From: Leptonemataceae bacterium | GTDB lineage: Bacteria > Spirochaetota > Leptospiria > Leptospirales > Leptonemataceae | Reading direction: 5' to 3' | NCBI GenBank assembly: GCA_965227295.1 | Contig: OZ245742.1 | Location: forward strand, 3,808,001-3,872,000 | Length of the DNA: 64,000 nucleotides | Shown here: piece by piece, positions 49,550-58,741 of the stretch | How positions within the stretch are numbered: position 1 is the stretch's first letter | Layout: every line of letters starts with the position of its first letter | Notes under the pieces: generated by a model | Told to the model about the DNA's origin: nothing | Database searches by the model: none | Seen by the model: only the letters and a program-made list of their open reading frames with translations | Program-made: the position numbers and the translations under genes

Positions 49550-50665
49550 GTGGCCGAAGCACTCAAAGAGATCTTTAACCGCGCGTTCTACCGGGAACTG
49601 GCCGAACTCGTACTGGTCGAGCACCCATCTTTCGAAGCCGAGGTCTTCGTGCGTTCGGCAACGAAGGGCCTCGCGAAACTCGAACTGAACGAACGCATGC
49701 GTCGCACGGCGCAGCTGTTGCACGAGCATCTTACGCAGGATTTTCAGAAGAACGTCGCCATCCTGAAAGCAGTGGCGCCAAACCTGAGCCGGCGCGGCGG
49801 CGGATACGGCGGCATCTTTGTCCCGGAGTACATCGGCCGCTTCGGCGCAGAAGATCCGCAACTCTTCGATTTTTGCATGGAGGCTCTGCGCGACGTCACG
49901 GAACACTCTTCTTCGGAACTGGCTGTCCGGGAATTTCTCAAACGTGACTTTGATCGGGCATACGCCTACATGCTCCGCTGGTCCGAGGACGAAAATTACC
50001 ACGTTCGCAGATTGTCCTCGGAGGGCCTGCGTCCGCGACTGCCCTGGTCCTTTCGGCTGACGAATCTCATCGAAAATCCCGCCCCCGCGCGAGCAATTCT
50101 CGACCGACTCAACAGGGATCCGGAGCTCTACGTTCGGAAGTCCGTGGCCAATCACCTCAACGATATCTCGAAGGATCATCCCGAGACCATGCTGGACTGG
50201 ATTTCCGCCCGCGCCTGGCAAACGGACGACGAGGGCACGGCCTGGATCAAGAAACACGCCTGCCGAACGTTGATCAAGAACGGCCATCCGCGGGCTCTCG
50301 CGTTGTTTTCGTTTTCCGAAAAGCCGCGGCTGAAGTCCGCGGCGCTGAAGTTCTCGCGCAAGAAAGTCAAAATCGGCGAGACGGTGGAATTATCCGTGCG
50401 TCTGGAAGCCGCGGCAAAGCCGAAGCGCGCACAGAACCTGGTCGTGGACTATCGCGTGCATTATCGCAAACAGAACGGCCGGACGTCGACAAAGGTTTTT
50501 AAGTTTCGGGAAATAGAACTAAATCCGGGCGCCGTGTTCGAAGCAAAAAAGAAACACCGCTTCGATGATATGACCACACGCAAACATCATCCCGGCGAAC
50601 ATTTAGCGGAGCTCGTTGTGAACGGTGAGGTTGTGGCGACGGCGGGCGTAGTTTTGCAACGCTGA
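49550..50665 (+). CDS. alkC: AlkC-type HEAT-repeat DNA alkylation repair glycosylase with C-terminal Ig-like domain
   Basis: SSELAVREF, HVRRLSSEGLRPRLPW, YVRKSVANHLNDISKDHP, C-terminal LVVDY.VHY.K.NG....KVFK...MTTRKHHPG.H...VNG. Confidence 0.8.
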   Translation: MAEALKEIFNRAFYRELAELVLVEHPSFEAEVFVRSATKGLAKLELNERMRRTAQLLHEHLTQDFQKNVAILKAVAPNLSRRGGGYGGIFVPEYIGRFGAEDPQLFDFCMEALRDVTEHSSSELAVREFLKRDFDRAYAYMLRWSEDENYHVRRLSSEGLRPRLPWSFRLTNLIENPAPARAILDRLNRDPELYVRKSVANHLNDISKDHPETMLDWISARAWQTDDEGTAWIKKHACRTLIKNGHPRALALFSFSEKPRLKSAALKFSRKKVKIGETVELSVRLEAAAKPKRAQNLVVDYRVHYRKQNGRTSTKVFKFREIELNPGAVFEAKKKHRFDDMTTRKHHPGEHLAELVVNGEVVATAGVVLQR

Positions 50666-50683
50666 GATGCGGCAGAGCCCCAC

Positions 50684-51340
50684 TCAGTTCAAAGAAAAAC
50701 CGGACTCATCCGTGGGGTTTTCGCCCTGTTCCTGCACGAGCTTCAGGATTTCGATCTGCTTGCGATACGTTGCTTCCAGGTCGTCCAGCAGGGCGTCCAC
50801 GGTATCCGTTTCCAGCATGGCCTGCTTCTGCACCTGGGGTACCTGTAAGAGATAGGCTCCGGTATAACACAACGTGCGGGCATCCGTGGGCAGGCGGGAG
50901 AAGTCGATTTCGATCTCTTCGTTCTTCGCCAGCAATCGCAGGTAATCATCGAAGAGCGGCAGCAGTGCCCGGCCGCGGCGGTTTTCATTGTCGTTGCCGG
51001 GCAGCAGGTCCGAAATCTCCACCTCGCCCTGGAGATAGGCCGCACCGTGGTGGTCCAGTTCGCCGATGCGAAAGCGCCGGGAACCCAGGGCCGTCAGGTT
51101 CATGCGACCCTCCGCCAGGTGTTCGATCTTTAGAATGCGTGCCGTGGTGCCGCAGAGGTGCGGGCGGGCCAGAGGGCCCAGGGCTTCCTGGCCTTCCTCG
51201 ATCAACACCACACCGAACTCCAGTTCCTCCCGCATGCAGTGATGGATCATCTCTTTGTAACGCTCCTCGAAGATGTGCAGGAAGATGGGAGCGCCGGGAA
51301 ATAACACCGAGTGCAGGGGAAACAGGGGCAGCCGGTGCAT
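50684..51340 (-). CDS. Stand-alone Lon protease N-terminal substrate-binding domain protein
   Basis: LPLFPL..VLFPG..I.LHIFEERY..M, FGVVLI, G.RRF, KQAMLE; ATG at 51340. Confidence 0.9.
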   Translation of the reverse strand: MHRLPLFPLHSVLFPGAPIFLHIFEERYKEMIHHCMREELEFGVVLIEEGQEALGPLARPHLCGTTARILKIEHLAEGRMNLTALGSRRFRIGELDHHGAAYLQGEVEISDLLPGNDNENRRGRALLPLFDDYLRLLAKNEEIEIDFSRLPTDARTLCYTGAYLLQVPQVQKQAMLETDTVDALLDDLEATYRKQIEILKLVQEQGENPTDESGFSLN

Positions 51341-51346
51341 CCCATC

Positions 51347-51375
51347 AGCATAACCACTCCCCATCCCGACGTCAA
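51347..51375 (-). promoter_or_regulatory. Sigma70 promoter predicting a leaderless transcript for the Lon-N gene
   Basis: Minus strand reads TTGACG-N17-TATGCT-N6-ATG. Confidence 0.65.
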
Positions 51376-51390
51376 TCAACAGGATCGGAG

Positions 51391-51419
51391 TTGACGCGAT
51401 TCAGCGGCTCCCGCACGCT
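51391..51419 (+). promoter_or_regulatory. Putative sigma70 promoter for fmt (back-to-back with the Lon-N promoter)
   Basis: TTGACG-N17-CACGCT, 9 nt before ATG 51429. Confidence 0.5.
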
Positions 51420-51428
51420 GCAGGGTAG

Positions 51429-52451
51429 ATGCTGCAACGCGGATACCGCATCGGCTACCTGGGCAGCCCGGACATCTCCGCGCATCTTCTCCGCTCCATC
51501 CTCGACGCCGGACGGCATGAAGTTGCCTTCGTCCTCTCCAATCCCGACCGTCCCCGTGGTCGATCGTCGCGCCTGCATCCCACCGAGGTTTCGGCGCTGG
51601 CCCTCGAACGAGACATCCCCCTCTTCCGACCGGAGTCGCTGAAAAAAGGCGAGGGCCGCGAAGAACTCGTGGAACAACTGCAGGCTCACGACGCAGATCT
51701 CTTCGTCGTTTTCGCTTACGGGAAAATTCTACCGTCTGCCGTCTACGAACTGCCGTCTCTCGGCGCGGTGAATCTGCATGCGTCACTCCTGCCGTTGCTT
51801 CGCGGTGCCTCACCCATTCAGTCGGCCTTGCTGCACGGCCTTGAAACCACCGGCTGGAGCGTGCAAAAGATCGCGAAGGGCATGGATACCGGCGATGTTC
51901 TGGCCACCGCGGAAATCCCCATCGATCCGGAAGAAAGTGCCGGGGAACTCGCCGAACGCATGCTTCCGGAAGGCGTGCGTCTCATGCTTGATGTACTTGA
52001 ACGTTACGAAGAACTCTGGAACGCCGCGCAGGCCCAGGACGAGAGCCGGGCAAGTTATTGTACAAAATTTACCACAGAGATGAGTGTGATCGACTGGGCC
52101 CTGGCGGCGCAGGACATTCACAACCTGGTGCGTGCCCTGAATCCGCGACCCACGGCCCGCACGCAAATGCCGGACGGCAGTAATCTCAAGATCCATCGCA
52201 CGGCACTGATGGCGCCGGAAGCAGCAGCGACCTCCAGGTACGCGAGCGCGGAGCCGGGGACGTTTGGTCTGGAGCGCATCGACGATGCACGGAAACTTGT
52301 GGTGCGGGCTGGTGACTCCGTAATGGAGATCCTTGAGCTTCAGCCCGAGGGCAGAAAGAAATTGACCGCACAAGACTTCCTGAACGGATACCGGGCAGAG
52401 CAAACGGAACGTTTTCCGGCCCGCAGCGGAACGAAATCCCATGAGCAATGA
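51429..52451 (+). CDS. fmt: Methionyl-tRNA formyltransferase
   Basis: PDRPRGR, VFAYGKIL, NLHASLLP.LRGASPI, MDTGD, VRALNPRP. Confidence 0.96.
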   Translation: MLQRGYRIGYLGSPDISAHLLRSILDAGRHEVAFVLSNPDRPRGRSSRLHPTEVSALALERDIPLFRPESLKKGEGREELVEQLQAHDADLFVVFAYGKILPSAVYELPSLGAVNLHASLLPLLRGASPIQSALLHGLETTGWSVQKIAKGMDTGDVLATAEIPIDPEESAGELAERMLPEGVRLMLDVLERYEELWNAAQAQDESRASYCTKFTTEMSVIDWALAAQDIHNLVRALNPRPTARTQMPDGSNLKIHRTALMAPEAAATSRYASAEPGTFGLERIDDARKLVVRAGDSVMEILELQPEGRKKLTAQDFLNGYRAEQTERFPARSGTKSHEQ

Positions 52452-53481
52452 ATCCAAATACCAATTCCTGACCGGCGTGGCACGCCTCGTATTCTACTTC
52501 GTCGTATCCATGGCGCTCTTTTTCGGAGCGGCGGTTCTGATCTTCATCCTCCGGGGTTCCACGGCCCGGTTGAACGAGATGCCCGACGTCACCGGCAAGT
52601 ACTACGTCGACGTGCACGAGGATCTCACCACGCGAATGCAACTCCGGGTACGCCTGGAGAAACGCACGTTTTCCGATCGCCCGTCCGGCCTGGTGTTGTA
52701 CCAGAGCGTCGCCCCCGGCGCGCTCATCGAACCCCAGGAAAAGGTCCAGCTCATCGTCAATCAACCCGATCCGCTGCTCACCATGCCCGATCTCCGGCGT
52801 CAGTCTTTGTTGAATGCCGGGGCCGCCCTGGAGCGTGTCACCGGCGAAGAGCGCGTCTACCGGCTGAAGCTGGCGGCGGTGAGTGAGGTGGAGCGGAGCG
52901 ATGTCCCGTCCGGAACGGTCCTGGAACAATTCCCGCCGCCGGGGCGCAGCGTGGCACCGGGGGAGTCGGTCTATCTGTTGATCGCCCGGGAGTCGGCCGG
53001 GCCGGTGAGCGAAGAGAACGTGGACGCCTGGGTAGGCCAGAACATCACGATCCTGTCTTCGTATTTGAATCGGCGCGGCATTGAGTATCGTGTGGGTGAG
53101 ATCAGCGCTCCGCCGGAGCCCGATGCGAACGGACTCGTACACGCGGTGCACGCGCCGTCTTCGGCGAACGGCCCGTATTTGCTCGATGTCTACTACCTGG
53201 AGCCGGAGCAACGTTACGGTCACGGCTATGAATCCATCGAGGTTGAATTAAGCGATGCCGGAGAATGCCGGGCGGAACGCATTACGCCCGCTTCGGACCA
53301 AGAGAGCTTTGTCGCGCTCGATCCGGACGATGAATCGAACCTTATCTTCCGGAGTCGCCATGCGGCAAATGACGAAAGCATACGGCTGATCTTCTATCGC
53401 TCCGGCGTCAACACCGTGCGCGTCGCCTGTGGAGACAGCGTCGTCTACGATCGGACGTTCCGGCCCGATTATCCTGGCTGA
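52441..53481 (+). CDS. PASTA domain-containing membrane protein
   Basis: N-terminal TM; MPDVTG...VLYQSVAPG and MPDL...GTVLEQFPPPG PASTA repeats. Confidence 0.85.
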   Translation: MSNESKYQFLTGVARLVFYFVVSMALFFGAAVLIFILRGSTARLNEMPDVTGKYYVDVHEDLTTRMQLRVRLEKRTFSDRPSGLVLYQSVAPGALIEPQEKVQLIVNQPDPLLTMPDLRRQSLLNAGAALERVTGEERVYRLKLAAVSEVERSDVPSGTVLEQFPPPGRSVAPGESVYLLIARESAGPVSEENVDAWVGQNITILSSYLNRRGIEYRVGEISAPPEPDANGLVHAVHAPSSANGPYLLDVYYLEPEQRYGHGYESIEVELSDAGECRAERITPASDQESFVALDPDDESNLIFRSRHAANDESIRLIFYRSGVNTVRVACGDSVVYDRTFRPDYPG

Positions 53482-53546
53482 AACCGCCGCATTAAAATCG
53501 TTGCCGGGTATGGCGCCCCGGTGTACTTACTAATGGAGCAGTGCAT

Positions 53547-54200
53547 ATGAAAATCTCTCCTTCGATCCTCGCCGCAAACCTCATCGATCTCAAGCAGACC
53601 CTGGCGGGCATGGACGCTTCCGCCATCGATCTCATTCACCTGGACGTGATGGACGGGCACTTCGTCCCGCAACTGTCGTTCGGCGAGGCATACGCGAAGG
53701 CCGTCAAAGAAGCAACGGACATCCCCCTGGACGTCCATCTCATGGTGGATCAACCCGAGGTCGAGGTGCCGAAGTACTTCGAACTCCAGCCACACAACAT
53801 CACCTTTCACGTCGAGGCCACGCACTTTCCCGTGCGCCTGGCCCAGCAAATTCGCGGCGAGGGCATCAAGGCCGGCGTCTCACTGAACCCGGCCACGTCC
53901 GTGGACGTCCTGGAACCCTTCATCGATTCCATCGACATGGTGCTCATCATGAGCGTGGAGCCGGGGTTCTACGGCCAGTCCTTCATTGAAGCGACCTATC
54001 GTAAACTGGAGCGCCTTCAGAATCTGACCGCCGGCCGGGATATCCTGGTTCAGGTGGACGGCGGGGTGAACGCGGAGAACGTCGCGAAGCTCTGGGATCG
54101 GGGCACGCGCAGTGTTGTGGCCGGTTCCTTCCTGTTCAAAGGGGAGGGACCGAACGACCGGGCGCGGCAGCTGAAGAGCGCTTGCGGCATCGCTGTCTGA
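53547..54200 (+). CDS. rpe: Ribulose-phosphate 3-epimerase
   Basis: ISPSILAA, HLDVMDGHFVP, DVHLMV, MSVEPGFYGQ, VDGGVN. Confidence 0.97.
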   Translation: MKISPSILAANLIDLKQTLAGMDASAIDLIHLDVMDGHFVPQLSFGEAYAKAVKEATDIPLDVHLMVDQPEVEVPKYFELQPHNITFHVEATHFPVRLAQQIRGEGIKAGVSLNPATSVDVLEPFIDSIDMVLIMSVEPGFYGQSFIEATYRKLERLQNLTAGRDILVQVDGGVNAENVAKLWDRGTRSVVAGSFLFKGEGPNDRARQLKSACGIAV

Positions 54201-54290
54201 TCACCCACGGCCGCCGCCCTTTTCGCTGCGAGGCGGCTTATGTCCGGAATAACATTGACATCAACACGGGGGTGGAAATCACTGCCCATC

Positions 54291-54551
54291 GTGGTTCGAA
54301 TTAGATTACAAAGACTGGGCCAGACGCACCGGCCCTTTTATCGCATCGTCGCAGCGGACATCCGGGCACCCCGGGACGGCCGTTTCATTGAGATCCTCGG
54401 CACGTACGATCCGGTCAGCCTGGCGGCAGGGAACATCTCGTTGAAAGAGGAGCGCATCAAGCATTGGCTTGGCGTCGGCGCTCAACCCACCGAGAAGGTT
54501 CGCTCCATCTTGCAAAAGAAAGGTCTGCTCACCCCGGCGGCGGCGAAGTAA
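54291..54551 (+). CDS. rpsP: 30S ribosomal protein S16
   Basis: (M)VRIRLQRLG...PFYRIVAAD.RAPRDGRFIE.LG.YDP, GAQPT; GTG start. Confidence 0.97.
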   Translation: MVRIRLQRLGQTHRPFYRIVAADIRAPRDGRFIEILGTYDPVSLAAGNISLKEERIKHWLGVGAQPTEKVRSILQKKGLLTPAAAK

Positions 54552-54573
54552 CTTCCCGTCGCATCCTCTCATC

Positions 54574-54810
54574 ATGCACGCCAACGAACTCGTCGAATAC
54601 ATCGTTCACAGCCTTGTCGAACAACCCGATCAAGTTCAGATCAACGCCATCCCCGGTACCGAGGAGACCATCATTGAACTCCGGGTGGCGGAGGACGACG
54701 TCGGCAAAGTAATCGGCAAAAACGGCAGTGTGGCACGTGCGCTGCGCACGCTGTTGTCCGCTCTCGGTTCGCGAGAGGACAAGAACTACTCCCTCGAAAT
54801 CATCGACTGA
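54574..54810 (+). CDS. khpA: KH-domain RNA-binding protein
   Basis: ELVEYIV..LV..PD, DVGKVIGKNG..A.ALR; lies between rpsP and rimM. Confidence 0.9.
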   Translation: MHANELVEYIVHSLVEQPDQVQINAIPGTEETIIELRVAEDDVGKVIGKNGSVARALRTLLSALGSREDKNYSLEIID

Positions 54811-54820
54811 AGCCTGGCAA

Positions 54821-55429
54821 TTGAATTGCGAGGATCTGATTGCCGTGGCCCGCATAACCAGCGGGGACCCGAGGCCGGGAAGGCATCGTATCACCATTGG
54901 CGGTGACGGGCTTACTGCGCTGAAATTGCCGGCGGAGGTCTGGTTGCATCGCGCCGCGTATCAGGGCAACGATCTGAAGCGGATCCTGGATGCCGTGCGT
55001 CCCCATCCCCGCGACGACGGTGAGTTTCGGGCGGCCGTGCTGGACAAGGCCCGGGTCACCGAAAAGAGTCGCGGCTACGTCGATCTGCAGGCGACTCCGG
55101 GCGAAGGCGGCGAACTGATCAATGACGAACTTCAGGGCTGGTGGATCTGCGTCGAACGAGGGGTGCTGGCGGCGCGGGTGAGGAAGGATGAGTTCTTCGT
55201 CTTTCAGATTCTGGGCCTGCCGGTCTTCGCCGTCGATGAGGATGGGAGTGTATCCGCGGAACCTGCGGGCCACGTCGAAGGTTTCCTGGAGACCGGCGCA
55301 CATGGAGTGCTTGAGGTCCGCACGGTCGACGGCCAGGAAGTTCTGCTGCCCGTTGTCGAAGCATATGTCCGCATGGACCTGAGTGCCGGGCGGATCGAGG
55401 CGCGGGACTTCGGGTACTTCTTGCAGTAA
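54821..55429 (+). CDS. rimM: 16S rRNA processing protein RimM (divergent; start uncertain)
   Basis: C-terminal DEFFVFQILGL, G.V..FLETGAHGVL.V....EVLLP.V..YV..DL..G.I; canonical position before trmD. Confidence 0.75.
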   Translation: MNCEDLIAVARITSGDPRPGRHRITIGGDGLTALKLPAEVWLHRAAYQGNDLKRILDAVRPHPRDDGEFRAAVLDKARVTEKSRGYVDLQATPGEGGELINDELQGWWICVERGVLAARVRKDEFFVFQILGLPVFAVDEDGSVSAEPAGHVEGFLETGAHGVLEVRTVDGQEVLLPVVEAYVRMDLSAGRIEARDFGYFLQ

Positions 55430-55435
55430 TTCACA

Positions 55436-56143
55436 GTGATCTTTCAGATAATAACGCTTTTTCCCGAACGCTATACCGCGTATGTGGAAACCGGCTTGCC
55501 AGCACGGGCCCATACCGGAGGTTTGTTCAAATTATGCCCCGTGAATCTACGGGAGTATGCCGAGCCCGGTCGGCGGGGGCGGGTGGACGACACCCCCTAC
55601 GGTGGCGGGCCCGGAATGGTCATCCAGGTCGGCCCGGTCGATCGGGCGCTGGCGTCACTGGAGCATCGGTTTCCCGTGGTGTTGCTGACACCCCGGGGCG
55701 AACGCCTCACGCAGGATCGCGTCCGATTTTTTGCGGAGTACGGTCAGGATTTGAACGCGGAGGAGCCGCGCGGTTTAACCATCGTCTGCGGCTACTACGA
55801 GGGCGTTGACGAACGCGTCGCCGGGCATCTGGTGGATTACCAGATCAGCATCGGAGACTTTGTCCTCGGTTCCGGTGACCTCGCGGCGTTGTGCCTCATC
55901 GAGGCCGTTACGCGATTGCTGCCCGGTTACATGGGCAGTGAAGAAAGCGGGGTCGTAGAGAGCAACGAGGACGGGCTGCTGGAGTATCCGCAGTACACGC
56001 GTCCGGCGGAATACCGGGGGTGGACGGTACCGGACGTTTTATTAGAAGGGCATCATCAGAAAATCGATGACTGGCGGCGGGAACAGAGCCGCCGCATCAC
56101 GCAACTGCGCCGGAACGAATCCGGCCAGGACGTGAGAGAATAG
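55436..56143 (+). CDS. trmD: tRNA (guanine37-N1)-methyltransferase
   Basis: [44 protein letters not shown]. Confidence 0.97.
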   Translation: MIFQIITLFPERYTAYVETGLPARAHTGGLFKLCPVNLREYAEPGRRGRVDDTPYGGGPGMVIQVGPVDRALASLEHRFPVVLLTPRGERLTQDRVRFFAEYGQDLNAEEPRGLTIVCGYYEGVDERVAGHLVDYQISIGDFVLGSGDLAALCLIEAVTRLLPGYMGSEESGVVESNEDGLLEYPQYTRPAEYRGWTVPDVLLEGHHQKIDDWRREQSRRITQLRRNESGQDVRE

Positions 56144-56181
56144 AGCAAGAGAACATACAAAGAGAGACGAGGACGCAAACC

Positions 56182-56766
56182 ATGTCCGAAGAAAATAACG
56201 AAGCAACTGAAAACGCCGAAGCCGCAGAAGAAGCAGCACCGGCCCCCGCAAAAATCTCACAGCTCCCGCTGAACGGCGGCAGCATCGCGACCACCCTGGA
56301 CATGGATGCGCAGTTCCAGGAATGGCCGGACTTCTCCGTCGGCGACACCGTGAAGGTCCACTATCGAATCAAAGAGGGCGACAAGGAACGCGTTCAGGTC
56401 TACGAGGGAACCGTCATTGCCATGCGTGGTGCCGGCATGAACAAAACGTTCATCGTCCGTCGCGTTTCTCATGAAGTCGGCGTCGAGCGGATCTTCCCGT
56501 ACCACAGCCCGTCCATCCAGAAGATCGAAACCACCCGGCGTGGTCGCGTCCGTCGGGCGAAGCTCTTTTATCTGCGTCACAAGTCCGGCAAAGAAGGCCG
56601 CATCAAAGAAGTCTTCGATGCCGCTGCCGCGGAAGAAGCGAAGAAAAACAAGAAGCCCCGCAAGACTCGCAAGAAGAAAGCACCGAAGGCCGAGCCGGCT
56701 CCGGTGGCCGCAGCCGAGACCGTGGTGGAAGCCTCTTCCGAGGCGCCCGCCGAGAACGCCGAATAA
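56182..56766 (+). CDS. rplS: 50S ribosomal protein L19 with low-complexity N- and C-terminal extensions
   Basis: [45 protein letters not shown]. Confidence 0.97.
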   Translation: MSEENNEATENAEAAEEAAPAPAKISQLPLNGGSIATTLDMDAQFQEWPDFSVGDTVKVHYRIKEGDKERVQVYEGTVIAMRGAGMNKTFIVRRVSHEVGVERIFPYHSPSIQKIETTRRGRVRRAKLFYLRHKSGKEGRIKEVFDAAAAEEAKKNKKPRKTRKKKAPKAEPAPVAAAETVVEASSEAPAENAE

Positions 56767-56784
56767 TCTCCGGAGCACGTTCGC

Positions 56785-57432
56785 GTGCCGTTCGAAGATC
56801 TGGAACGCCGGTATCGAAGCACGATGCCGGCGTCTTCACGTACCCTGGTGGCCGGGGTGGACGAAGCCGGGCGGGGCCCCCTGGCCGGCCCCGTGTCCGT
56901 CGGCATCGCCGTTTTTGCGCCGGAGTTTTTCGATGCACCGGTCCCCGCCGACCTGGCAGCCCTCGACGATTCCAAGAATCTGAAGCCCGCGGTGCGTGAG
57001 CAGCTTTATGATGCCGTCCGCCGGCACGCCCTGTTTTCCGCCGTTGTCCACGTATCCAGCCGCATGATCGATCGCCTGCGGATCAATCCCGCGATAGAAT
57101 TTGCGATTCGGCGGGTCCTGTTGCGGTCGTTTGCCGCGACAGTTCTCCCGGATGTCGTACTGGTGGACGGCAACTACAAGCTGGCCTCCGTGCGCGGGGC
57201 CTTTCCGCGACTGCGGTTCGAAAGCGTGGTGAAAGGTGATTCCCGGGTCTTCAGCATTGCCGCGGCCTCGATCCTGGCGAAGGTGACCCGGGACCGGCGC
57301 ATGCTTCGTTATGATCGCCTGTTCCCGGGCTATGGCCTGGCCGATCACAAGGGCTACGGAACAAAGCGGCACCGGGAGCGCATCGCCGGGGTTGGGCCCT
57401 CGCCGATCCATCGCCGCTCGTATCGTTGGTAG
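56785..57432 (+). CDS. rnhB: Ribonuclease HII
   Basis: AGVDEAGRGPLAGPV, DDSK, VDGN, KGD....IAAASILAKVTRD, HKGYGT. Confidence 0.97.
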   Translation: MPFEDLERRYRSTMPASSRTLVAGVDEAGRGPLAGPVSVGIAVFAPEFFDAPVPADLAALDDSKNLKPAVREQLYDAVRRHALFSAVVHVSSRMIDRLRINPAIEFAIRRVLLRSFAATVLPDVVLVDGNYKLASVRGAFPRLRFESVVKGDSRVFSIAAASILAKVTRDRRMLRYDRLFPGYGLADHKGYGTKRHRERIAGVGPSPIHRRSYRW

Positions 57433-57479
57433 CCGCATTTAACTTCTCATTCGCGAAATCCGTTTTATTGTAGGACGAT

Positions 57480-58379
57480 ATGGACGTGTCCGCGGTACAG
57501 CTCCAGCCGCTCCGGCTCTCGAAGAACGCCATGGATTTCATCCGCTCCATGGCGGGCCGGGAGATCCGTGCCACGGTGCTTCGAGGCGGGGCCCAGGTCC
57601 TCCTGCGCACCGGCGGCGTTCAGATCGAAGCACGGCTACAGGGACGTCCCCTGGAGGCAGGTCAGAATCTGTATCTGCGTGTCGAGAAAGACCATGGCGG
57701 CCGCTTTCGTCTGGTGGTATTGAATCCGCCGGCAGCAAGCGCTGCTCTGAACGCACCGGCTTTCTCCGGACTCAGCACACCCCTGGCGACACTCTTCGCG
57801 GCCTTTCTCCGGCATACGCAGAAATCCTCGAAGCCGTCCGCTTCGGAGCAGCTTACCTCGAAAGCCGCGTCGCCTGACTCATCGGCCGGCCGGGCTCAGG
57901 GAGATACGGACGCCTCTATGAAATCACAACTGCGTGAGTCGCTCCGCCGCATCACGCAGCAACTGCCCGCTTTCCAGGACGGCGCGCTCCGGGAAGCCAT
58001 GCTGCGCCTTCCGGATGACGCAAACGCGGATCTTTTTTTCGCACAGGGTGTGGGAAACGAAAGCGGCGCGGAGCCCGTCAAAGGAGAGTACGTGGCCGGC
58101 CTGGGTCGCCTGGCGGAAGCACCGTTCTACTTTCTTACGGAGATGCGCGCCCGGTCCCTCGGCAGAATCGGTGCGCTCTTTCTCGCGCCGGATGCGGAAT
58201 TCCGCCGGCTTTCGTTGTTCCTGCATCCGGAGGAAGCGGATACGGCACGGCGCCTGGAACAGGAGATTGCGGAATGGCGAAGGGAACTGGCCGGTGCCGG
58301 CGTGATGTTTGACGCCCTGGAGCTGGTGGCGCCCCGGGAGAATGCGGGCGGTGGTGGATTGCTCAATGTCCAGGTCTAA
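57480..58379 (+). CDS. Hypothetical protein, possibly FliK-C/YlqG-like
   Basis: N-terminal OB-like strand pattern; C-terminal M...LG.I...F.......L..F......A..L........L...G...LL.V.V resembles the FliK C-terminus; next to an FlhB-C-like gene. Confidence 0.45.
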   Translation: MDVSAVQLQPLRLSKNAMDFIRSMAGREIRATVLRGGAQVLLRTGGVQIEARLQGRPLEAGQNLYLRVEKDHGGRFRLVVLNPPAASAALNAPAFSGLSTPLATLFAAFLRHTQKSSKPSASEQLTSKAASPDSSAGRAQGDTDASMKSQLRESLRRITQQLPAFQDGALREAMLRLPDDANADLFFAQGVGNESGAEPVKGEYVAGLGRLAEAPFYFLTEMRARSLGRIGALFLAPDAEFRRLSLFLHPEEADTARRLEQEIAEWRRELAGAGVMFDALELVAPRENAGGGGLLNVQV

Positions 58380-58453
58380 ACTTACAATCTGATGAAATAC
58401 AAAATTGTCACGAAAGATCGGAATTTCAGGTTTTTTGATCGATTGCCAGGCTA

Positions 58454-58741
58454 ATGTCTCTAGAATCGGATAAGAATTTGCACAGGATGCGCGCAGGCGC
58501 GTTGCGGTTTCGCCCGGACGAGGAGGGAGCGCCTCGATTGCTCGCGCGTGGAAAGGGCGCGCTGGCCGCGGAGATCATCGAAACGGCTCGCCGGAGCGGT
58601 GTCCCGGTAATGAGTGATCCCGCGCTTGCGGAAAGCCTGGCGGAGTTACCTGTCGGAAAAGAAGTGCCGGAGAATTTGTATCGAGCCCTGGCCGGCGTCT
58701 TTGCCCTGGTCTACCGGTTGAACAGCAATAATAGATTATGA
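58454..58741 (+). CDS. Stand-alone FlhB/EscU cytoplasmic-domain-like protein (YlqH/FlhX type)
   Basis: ALRF....GAPRLLARGKG.LA.EI...A...GVP...DP.LA..L..L.VG.EVP..LY.A.A.V.A.VY. Confidence 0.88.
   Translation: MSLESDKNLHRMRAGALRFRPDEEGAPRLLARGKGALAAEIIETARRSGVPVMSDPALAESLAELPVGKEVPENLYRALAGVFALVYRLNSNNRL

Noticed and set aside
54731..54745. Sigma54-like site TGGCACG-N4-CTGC upstream of rimM
   Set aside because: It lies inside khpA, is explained by the Val-Ala-Arg-Ala-Leu codons, and the -12 element is imperfect.
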